64,000 nucleotides of DNA, taken from Dimorphilus gyrociliatus. Lineage: Eukaryota > Animalia > Annelida. The notes under the pieces were generated by a model. It did no database searches. It was not told the origin of the DNA and worked only from the letters and a program-made list of their open reading frames with translations. The DNA is taken from assembly GCA_904063045.1 (NCBI GenBank), contig CAJFCJ010000031.1, positions 310,001 through 374,000 of the forward strand, read 5' to 3'. Shown here piece after piece: positions 52,523 to 63,036 of this stretch. Position numbers and translations under genes: made by a program. Numbering within the stretch: position 1 is the stretch's first letter; each line of letters starts with the position of its first letter.

Positions 52523-53489
52523 GGGAAAATACTCACACAGATACAATGCTATAACCTTGAAAAACAAATAAATAAATAAATAAATCTTTAAGAGATAAAA
52601 TAAATAAATTTAATACCATTATTGTTAAGGAAGTTTAGAAAAGAAACTAGGAAGAAAGCTATCTTCTAATAGTTGAAGATAGACATATTTTTTGCAATTT
52701 AAAAACGTATGAAAAATAAAAATGATATATAGAATGAAATTTAACAAAATACTTATTTATATAAGGATTTATTTTTATAGTTTAGATTAGGATCAGGGCT
52801 ATATTTGTAATATGAAATTGAAATTATTATATATGCATATATACAGTATATAAATTTACATACTGTATATGTTACCTTTGTTATAGAAATATATTATAGA
52901 ATATGTTCAAGGTTGTTAAATTGCTAAATATGAAAGAATAAAAGAGAACTAAGTCAGCACATTGAAATGAAAAAGTCTTTCGTTGAATTTTCCTTTTAAG
53001 TTTATAAAAAGGAACAATATAATCAACCGAGATATTTTGTCTAAAAAGATAATGAACATAGTCATCCTTATCCTTATTCCATATTAGATATAATGGGAAA
53101 TCGTTGAAAATAATCGAAATCAGTTGTAATCTTTCGATCAACAGTTAAAAATATGATATAAATGTATGAGAATAAACTAGACAAACAATTAGAATTACGT
53201 AATAAACAACATTCTCTTGTCCTCTTTCTAGTAAGAGGATAATATCTAGGAAATAAATGTTGATGTTTGCATATGGTATTGGTATATTATATAACCTATT
53301 TACAAAGGAATCTCTCTGATTCATACGATTTTGCTGTAATTTACCCCTGTTTATCTTTAGAATGTATTTAACAAATGACTTAATAATCTCTACTATTCAT
53401 AATCAATCCAGATAAATATATCATTTTTAAGAAAAGAAGAACAAAAAACCCATTTGAATTTCTTAATAATAATCTAATACCTCGAAACA

Positions 53490-53700
53490 GGGATTGTTTG
53501 GTATTTGGATATTTTCTAAAGAAGTAGGCCTGTTTATATGTTAATTCATATGAATATTAATAAGTACGCATGCGCTTACGGATCAGCAACCGAGCTCGTG
53601 GAAGAAACGTGAAATGACTATGACTTGGGTTTTGCCATAATCATTTGGAAAGAAAGCAAGCTTGAATCGCGTTTAACCGCTGAAATTGCAATATCTTATG
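53490..53700. repeat. Diverged non-coding duplicate, copy B (NRF1-like ACGCATGCGC core)
   Basis: Aligns by eye with 51430-51650; core 53566-53629. Confidence 0.6.
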
Positions 53701-54987
53701 AAATACATTTACCATAAGAAGGTTAATAAAGATTTTGGAAGGCATTTACCTACTTTCAACGGTTGTGTTTACGTTGGAAGACCCGGCTTCTATTGTTAGA
53801 AACGATTGGAAGATATTCATTCTAAGAAGGCCTACATATCTTTTTGTTTATTATTTGTAGGGTGAGTTTTTAACGATCTGTAATCCATTATCTAATCTAG
53901 GTAGAGATAAGATTTTACTAGAAAGTCGATGTTGTTAATAATCGAATAAGAATTAGACGTTCAGAACTAGATTTTTTTATTATTCTCTTCATAGAAAAAC
54001 CTTGTATACATGTTAAATATCACGTGGAATGCGGCTGATCAGCTGATTAGTAAGACGGTGTTATGCTTACGTATATTTTAAAATTATCTTTAAATTGTCT
54101 CTATTAAAGAAGAAAGGATACTAGTTTCGCATTAATTGAGAGATTAAGATCTATAATTAAATGCTAATTCGTGGAACACGTATTTAATGAGTTAGCGCTA
54201 ATTTTACATTTAAAAAAAAAAGCTGTTAAGGCCGTCCGTTTTTTTTTAGATACTTTTTCTGATAAGAGACATTTTTAAGACATAATATGTATATGATAAG
54301 AGAGAGATATATATATATATAGAGTATATACTCTATAAGCTGAATATGAATGAGGTTAATATCCTTCTTTTGTTCGCCAATCCCTTTTTATTAAAACTGT
54401 AATGTAAAATTAGAGCTTGAAAGTTTTTAAAAAACTTAAAAATAGTATTAGGTTAGTCCCGCCTTAATCTTTAGAGAGGCCCTTCTTTTTTTTTAGACTT
54501 TTAATCAATTGCACAAGGAAAAACATAACAAAGTACAAAATACTTTGTTTAGTAGGTGGATAAAAAAAAAATAATGTACATATGACAAATTTTAGGATCC
54601 GGTATAAGATTCCTTGTATGTCCCCGATATCATCCGCTATTTACATTGTTTCTGATCAACAAGTTTTATTTTTATATAGGCCAACGCAAATCAAAGTATG
54701 ATAATCTGATAGTTTATTACGTTGTTCTGAAAATTGTTATAAAAAGATTGTAGATACTTCTCCCTTAACATACTTTTATCAGATTCTGCTCGAGACAGAC
54801 AATAACAATACGATAGAAATATTTTAAGATTTAAGATGGACGTTCTTATGTTCAGCCCTTATGTAGGGTTAGTTTATAATTAGTTTACTTATTAATATTC
54901 AGTTGACATAACTATGCATAAATTAGCATATCGATTTAATTAATTCGTTGATTAAATGTGCCTCTTTTGACTTTTTATTACAGGAGA

Positions 54988-55677
54988 ATGGTTAGTTGCG
55001 TCGAATTACCGATTGCTAGCGAAGCAAAGAAGACTCATAATAAATTGTTTGGAAAAATCTTTAGAAATAAACCTGTTGAGGAAGTTCAAAAGAAGAGAGA
55101 ACCGGCTGTCAGGGCACAAAGGCGATGGGTGAGGGTTGTTAAGGACGATCATAATGTTGGCGAGGAAAACACAAATCCGCATGTTATAAGGAAGTTTACT
55201 AAAGATTACGTTGAAAAGCAACAAAGACGAATGCTAGAAGCGCAAGAAAGAATCGAAGATGATGTGTTCAATTCGGAAAAGGAAACAACTGAAAAACAAC
55301 AAGAGAGAAACCGTTCAAATTCACTGGATAGGCAACCAACCTTTACGAAAATAGTCAACAGACTTTTCCGTTCAAAATCTGATTCATCCGTCAAAACACA
55401 AAACCGACACGACCGCCATTCCAAAGAGAGGAAAACTTCCGCCGATAGTTGGACTCAGGGAGTACCGTACAGTTTAGAATCTTGCGTAAATACAATACTA
55501 AAGAAGAGCGGATCACCCGATTCCAGTAACGATGGATCCGGAAAGAAATGTACAAGATTCTGCGAAGAGGTTGAAATTTTAAAATTAGATTACGAAGATT
55601 TGGACAAAAAAGAAATTGTTTCTGAGCCACTACACGACACTTATAAGATGTGCGAAGATGAAGTAAATGAAGAATAA
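54988..55677 (+). CDS. Uncharacterised charged protein (229 aa) with SILK-like and RVxF-like PP1-docking motifs
   Basis: Open frame of 690 nt starting just after an acceptor-like TTACAG (54983), with protein-like composition. Motifs TILKK and KKCTRFCEEVEIL lie near the C-terminus. No family recognised. Confidence 0.55.
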   Translation: MVSCVELPIASEAKKTHNKLFGKIFRNKPVEEVQKKREPAVRAQRRWVRVVKDDHNVGEENTNPHVIRKFTKDYVEKQQRRMLEAQERIEDDVFNSEKETTEKQQERNRSNSLDRQPTFTKIVNRLFRSKSDSSVKTQNRHDRHSKERKTSADSWTQGVPYSLESCVNTILKKSGSPDSSNDGSGKKCTRFCEEVEILKLDYEDLDKKEIVSEPLHDTYKMCEDEVNEE

Positions 55678-58600
55678 AGAATTATATATATATATATATA
55701 TATATTAAAAAGAAACTGTTACGTTCTTTTATAAATTAATCTTTTTATATATTATCCTAATTCCTTTATTGCATTATATTTTCTAGTTTTAATAGACAAA
55801 AAAAAGAAATCATAAGAAACCAAAAATGCATGGTTTTTATATTTGTATAATTAAAATGTTTGTTTTATATACTCTATTCCTTTTCCTTCTTCTTATTCTT
55901 CTCCTCCTTTTCCTTCTTTGTTTCTGTTTTTTTTTTACACTTGATCGTTTATTGTTTTATAAATTGTTGATTGATTGATTGGAAACATTAAAATATTGAA
56001 CCACTTGTAATAGCATTTTGCTGGTGCTTCATACCTTAATTATTGTTACATATACATATATATTTCATGTAATAGTAAAATTCTACAGTAATATGTATTT
56101 GAATTGGTGTCTATGCTATAAATAATTCAGCTTAATATTTGCATACCATATACATCGCTACAGTTGTCACTTAAATAAAAATAAACTAAATGGACTATTA
56201 AGATAATTGCGCAGTCACTTTTTTCCTTTTACATCTGCTTATCATAATAAAATATAAGTAAATCCAGGTTAGCTCATCGTTTCGAAAGTGGCGCGATTGC
56301 CTTGAATAAACAAGGTCATGGTTAAACTGGTCTCATTTTCCGTATCCGGTTGGAATATTTTATCGTTTTGCATGGAAGATAGGCGCTAAATTTGAATTGT
56401 ATTTCTCGGTTGGTGTCGCCATCTACAGTCTCGTAAAGAAGAGATCAACTGAAGAGAAGAAAAAAGGGAAATTTGGACAAAAGAAAACAAGTTGAGCATG
56501 TATAAGTAAACGAAAAAAGTAATAGCCGAGGGCCAGATATATTCGAGTATTATTCGCTTAAAAGCTGTCGAACATCCCTGGAGAGAAAATGAACCTTAGA
56601 CCCTGGCCGCTACTTGTCGGGATGAACAGTTTTAATGAGCGCTCTCGCATGTTCATCTGACCGAACGACATTCGGTACACGTGAGCTTCACAATAAGTAT
56701 TAGTCGTCATGTTACTGACCCTGTTCTAGATCAAACGCTCTGAGAAAAAAGTGCGGCGAACAGTCAATGAGGCAAAAAGAGAACGTCCGCGAACTGAAGA
56801 GAATAGATGAGAAATTTCCTACAAGCTGACATGCTTGACGTTTGTCTTTTTGTTGTTTGGCGGCGAATGTTTGCTGCCATTTTCGGTCGGCTGGTCATCT
56901 TGATTAAGTGTGCAGTTCTTTCGAACTTAATTCTTTTCCCTAGTTCTTTTCCCCTTTTTACTAGATTTGATCTAAAAAAAACGCCTATTTTCCCTACCGA
57001 CCATACAATTCATTATTTTCCCTGATTTTCAAATCTAATCTACAAAACAGGTGCCGGTTAATTTTCCACGACCTTGAACAGATTAGCGTCTGTGAAATTT
57101 CGACATCATTATTTCTCTCGGCTCATCGCTGCGCTCATTCAACTGCCTAGCTCTCCAGAGGCGCCAGATGCCGTTTCGCCTACTCTGTCCGTCCAGCGAG
57201 CATTGCGGTTATTTCGCGCTTAAAAAGAGCGCTTAGTTTATTGCATACAGCGCTCAAACTATACTTATGTTCTCTATCAAACCCCCCTGTTACTTTTTCA
57301 CTCCCCCCCACCCCCATCCCACCCCCCACTCCTATCTCCCTTCCCTTTACCTGATTGTTACGAAAAGTAAGAGGGGTAACCAAAAGAGAAAAAAAAATCG
57401 ACGCCAATTACACATGCCTTAACGGCGTCTACGGCTCACGCCTGCTCAACGGCGCATGATTTTATGTAACGCCTCTCTCCGTGACATTTCCGCGTTTGTG
57501 GGGAGAAGAGCGATGCAGTTTAGCGGAAAGGTGCAGCTCGACTGATCGCGCGGAAAACGGTGTCGGATAGTTTTGCAGTTTGACAACGGCACGATTGGTT
57601 GCCGATACCAATACCGATCCTCATTATTTTCTTCGTTTCACTTGGGTACATTTCTTTTCTGCATTCGCCTAAATGAGGGAAAAAATAGACTTGTAAGAGA
57701 GATACAAATGAATAAAACAGTTCAGAAGAGAGAGAGAGAGAGGCTTGGAAAGCAGCGAGCGGCCGTGCAAGAGAGATAGTCAGATTGAATAGGGGCTGCG
57801 GGGGGAGGGAAGCAATCTGATTCTTCTCTCGAACTTTATTGTACAGACCGCCCCCTTTTCCACCGCAAAACCGACTGATGCGGCGTTAAATCAAGCTGAA
57901 AGATTAGCCGAAAGTAGATTACTTAGCCTCGCAACTCGTCGGCGTGAGCCGACTGTATAAAATCGAATTTCGTTCCATTAGTATAGGCGGTCCGAGGTTG
58001 CCACCCACCTGCGAACGCTTGAATGCAGCAAAATATTTCCGGATTCTTGATGGCTTTCCTCTAATCGGCGGAACATTACGTTTCCTTTGACCGTCGGTCA
58101 AAAGCGAAAAGCGGCAGATGCCCTTTCCTTCCAATATATAACAGATGCTTATAATGATTAGGGCGCTTCGACTATAAATCGTTCCACAGTGGGTGGCGAG
58201 CTACTGTACGGGTCATTGAGAGAGATTAGTAGTAGATAATGACCAATGCGATTATGCAAATCTCTACCCTAAATTTTTTCAGCTCTTGTACTAAAGTCTA
58301 TAAGTATATAGGCTGAAAACAGTAGATAATTCCTCATTCCTTTTAGCACTAACTGCTCGCCTTTTCTATTGTATAAATCAAGCATGACTAGGAAAGCCGC
58401 AACCGTTATTTTTCTATTTAAATGTAAGAATATAAGAATATTTATATATATTTATACAATATACTCTTAAATGCTATATCATATGCTAAAGGTATATTTA
58501 CTCTATACAGTATATCAAAATACCGTGGTGTATACTGTGTATATTACTGTATGGAAAATTATGTCATTCCTAAGTCAATTCATCTCGAAATCTTGCTCTC

Positions 58601-58974
58601 TCAATCTTCTCTCCAGTCTCAAAGAAAATATCATATCTTGGCTGCTAAACTTTTATGAATATACTATAGCAATTTCATGGAGCTAAGAGGAACCATTGGT
58701 GCGGAAGTTTAGATGCTCAAAGCGAGCTTACACCGCAAAGCTGCAGCCGTATATGTGTTATACTGTATAGTCTTCTATTTCCGTTGTAGTCGATGGAAAA
58801 GTCCTAGTGAAAAAAAAGTAATTATTTCGAGAGAAAAGGTTAAAAATTGGGAAAGAAAATTGGAAACAGTAGAAAAAAAACTTTATCTTCATGATAACAA
58901 TCGATAGAGAGCAAATGATACAAAGAGAATAGACCAGAAAGAGCAAGTAAAAGATAAAGAAATAGTGACAGTTA

Positions 58975-59009
<35 letters not shown>

Positions 59010-62000
59010 CTACCAACTCAAAATTATTTGCGTGACGTTCGATTGGCATGTCGACCTAGTTGAAAATTGGCTAGTATTGAGCCGAAAGTGTGTCATTTAT
59101 CCGTGTTGGACGCCATTTTCGACGTCTAACTGAATTTTTCACAAATAATCATTTTGACAACGTGTCATTTCATATAATCTTTCGGCACCTGCTTATAACA
59201 TGTACTTTTAAGGTAGACAAAAAACGAAAGCCTATAAAAAAAATAAATGAATAGGCAAAGGATAAGAAAATAAGAAATAGAGAGATTAGAATGGAACAAA
59301 TTAAAAAAAAAGAGTAGGTGGAGAAGAAGGAGTAGAAGGAAGAGAGGAAAGAGGGGGGGGAGAGGAGGAAAGATAGGGGAGGGGGGCAGGAAGGCAAAAA
59401 AAAAAATAGGTAAAAAATAGGTCGACCTGACCATATTTCACAGATGGTTGCATTTTACTTTATTACTAGTTGGGGTAGATCTCTTCTACTGCTATTTTTT
59501 GTTGGATAAGTATCATTTAATGTTCTAATATATCGGATAGTGAATATATAATGTTATAGTTTACACACTAGGATATAAAAAAAAGTGAATTGTTCCACAA
59601 GAACGATCAAACCTTTGAATATAAAAGTGTAATTGTGATTAGTAGTCTTCTGATCTCTTCTAAGGCTTTGCGCGCAGAAGATGAGGATAATTTCATATTT
59701 ATACGCACCTGGTCTGAGGATTTTGGGTGTGGTTAATCTTTCTTTTTTTTTCTATAAGATATTAGCTTTCACTAGCGTCTAACTTATGTTCGAAATTGAA
59801 AAGCGCCGCTTTGGGAATATAAACGAATAGGGAATAGGTAAGAGACAGAGGGACAGAGGGACAGAGGGAGAGAGGGAGAAAAGGAGTACACGATTGGGCC
59901 GCAACGGGCCCTTCATCTTATAATGCTCAGCTGTCAGCACCAATGGCAGCGAGTGATGAGTGAGCATTCAACAAATGGTTGAGGTCGGTTAGAGACTAAA
60001 CAATCATTTGTTTAATTGCTGTAATTATTGGGATGACAATAGAATCTTTTGTGCAATGACCGTCTGTTGCTTTGGAATGCGGTGAGCAATTGAACGCTTC
60101 GGCTTCTTCTTCTCTTTTACGTTCCATCACCACCACTCCCCCCTCCCCCTATTTATAAGGAGGTAGAGAAAATATCTTACTCCACTTAAAAAATTCTTCA
60201 TCTTCTTTTTATCTTACATAAACGTTATTAAGTGAAGAAAGGTAAAAATTCCTTTCTTTCGAGTCTCTTTAAATACATTCACTCTTTCCTCCTTTTACTC
60301 TCTTTCTTATATTTCCCGTCCAAGCCAGAAACATATATATATCCTGTATATATAAATCTCTAGGTAGTAGTGTATTGGGCTATTAGCACCTTCTACACCT
60401 AATCACATTTTCAGTTCCGCATAAACAAGCTCATTCATCACGCATCAGTAGGACGGCGCACGCATTCCTGCACCAACACCAAACCAAGCCCCCCATGCTA
60501 TCTCACGAGCAGCAAATTTTTTCAGCTTCAACTGTTATCTACTGTTCGAAACGACCGCCATCGGTCGGTGCCAGGGCGCTCGTTTGCTGGCACTCGGCTG
60601 GTGCCGATTAAATGCGCCGTTATTAATTGAATTAATTTGCGAAGAAATGAGAGAATATTTAGTTTTTAAAAACTTATTATAATTAAATATGCATTGTATA
60701 AATATTCGACTAAAGTTCGTTCAACCGTCAATCTTTTAGCTATCTTTTCCCTTTTCATCTTTCATTAATTTCTCTTTATATCTTTGAATATTTCACTTTA
60801 AATTGTAATTTATTCGAAATTCTTTTAAAATTAGCCTAATTTCTTAATTTTTTAATAAAACAACGCTCATTTAAGTGGAAAAAACCACCATAGATTAAAT
60901 AATTAATAGTAACAGAATAGAATAGTGTCGGACAACTTGAAAGAAGGTTTCATTGTATAATGAAAGAAAAGTCTACCCTTCTCGCCCCGACCAATGAACG
61001 CGTGCCAAAATCTGACCACGTGACCAAGTGGCGCGGCCACCAAAGCGCGTAATACGCCAACCAACGGTGTATGGCAAAGAAAAGAACTGTTTTTACGGTG
61101 GTAAGTCTTTTTTTTTTTAAACTAACAGTTGAATAAGTAATTTTCTTCTTTTTTTTATATGACAAACTTAATAAAAAGCAAACTTGACGGAAAAAAGTTT
61201 TTAACCGAGAAAAAAAAAACCGTTATAAATTTTTTATTAACAACTTTTTTTTTATTTCTTCGTCTGCAAAAAAATTATATTTAAAGCGAAAAGAGAAAAG
61301 TTTGTATGTCTGTGTGTATATGTTTATATGTTTATAGTTTTTTTTTAAAAAAAAAAATTATAGGCGTAACAATTTGTCAATTTTCCTCTTAGACGCTGAA
61401 AATTAATGAATAGGGTTTCGGAAAAACGATACTCGTTATATCTATCGTTAAAAGGAAAGCATATGTTTAAAATGTTGATATAATACGAATGTATATATTT
61501 AAAGAAAACGTATTAATATTATATAAGATGACGAATATAAAGATAAATAGGGAAGAAGAGTTAGGCAACAAATGAAGTGTTGTATAAAATGTACAAATGT
61601 ACATTGTATATAATAAATCCCGCACGCGCCATTTAATGCAACTCGGTTCAGGCCAGTACACCCGGCTTGTTCAAGCAGATGATCTGCATGTTTATGGTTG
61701 GTGCGTGCACTATTTTTGCGACATTAAATGGCTTGTTGATTTTCTATATAATGATTATTTAAGCTATTATTTCCATTCCTTTTCACTCTTTATACAATGC
61801 TCAATTGACTCAATTCTTAAAAAGTAACCAGTAAATTTTTATGATTTTTCTCTTTTTTTTTTAAAAAAAAAAGTATATGCATATATAAATAAGTTATTAA
61901 TGAACCTTATTAGTTTTGCTTATTTGTTCTTTTTTTTTTTTAGTCAGCTTTTCCCTACTCTCCCTTATCTTCTTCCTTCTATATCTCTTCTTCTTATATT

Positions 62001-62786
62001 TTTCTATTAAAAAGATTTAACCTAATTAATTCTGTCTTCGAATAAAAAATGATGTACGCCAAAAGCATATATAAAATCCTATCAATCTTTGACATTACAG
62101 CATTCACTCAAGCAAACGACTGCAATCGATATTCGCATCATATTCTAGTAAATTTTCTAAACCATAGACAAATCATTTTCTCTTTCTTCATTTTTCCCTA
62201 AAAATTCATTTCTTATCTTCTCAATTTCAATAAAATTATACTAATATACATATCATATTTGAATATAACTTGGGGCTATATAATTCCCAAGGCATTATAG
62301 TCATCCCAACGCCCCGATTGCGATGAAACCTAATGGATTTATATATATATTAATGAGATAATACGGGTATTGGATAGACAGGGGCAGATAGACAGAAAAA
62401 TAGAGAAACAAATATAAATCTGATACTTTTAGTTATGGAGATCGTTGACGCAACGTTATTCAACTTTGTTTCATTATGAAAAAATGATAGGCGGGAGTGA
62501 AAAGTACTCAACGAAGATAGAAATTGTTACTCTCTTTCGTTGATAGATGGGTAAATATCTTCCCGCATATAGGAAAAAGTTGTCTTTGTCCGTCTTCCCC
62601 CTTTGAAATGTCCGCTAAATGATCGCGATTCGTACGGCCACAATCGTTTAATATCCTTTTTATTTTCTTTTAATTTATTTCAAAAATCTATTTTTATTTT
62701 AAACAAATTCGAAAAAAATCTTAATAAAAGAAAAGTAACAAGAGAGAAAGATAATGAGATAAAAAATAAAAGAAATAAAGAAAGGC

Positions 62787-62831
<45 letters not shown>

Positions 62832-63022
62832 GTAAATAAGAAGATAAGGATAAAAAAAAAAGAAAATAAAAACAACAAAAAATCCTTAAAAACAAGAGAA
62901 AGATAAACAAAATTCAATCTCTTTTATTCCGTTTCCGCCACCTTCTTCCTCTCTCTCCCTTCATCTAATTAATTCTCGTACACTGCGGGTAAGAATGACG
63001 TTTTTTGTATTAATTCAAAGAG

Positions 63023-63036
63023 CCGGTAGATGGCGC
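63023..63036 (+). promoter_or_regulatory. CTCF-like binding motif CCGGTAGATGGCGC
   Basis: Close match to the invertebrate CTCF core (T)AGATGGCGC. Related copies occur at 4864, 21041, 36128, 45046 and 56415. Confidence 0.45.

Noticed and set aside
2563-55630. Short ORFs overlapping or antisense to real exons (e.g. 4410-4712, 7214-7456, 13705-13986, 28384-28784, 29622-30222, 55006-55630)
   Set aside because: Shadow frames of genuine coding sequence.
56615-56665. Hairpin GATGAACA...TGTTCATC
   Set aside because: Only ~12 bp of stem with a large asymmetric loop, and no match to any miRNA I recall.
57871-57930. Hammerhead-ribozyme-like core (CTGATG...GGC/GCC stem...GAAA)
   Set aside because: The core reads CUGAUGC rather than CUGANGA, stem III is only 3 bp, and stem I cannot form next to the cleavage site.
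56807-62917. Many 60-90 aa ORFs in the terminal region
   Set aside because: Low-complexity translations of GA/CT/AT tracts or GC islands, with alternative start codons and no recognisable domains.
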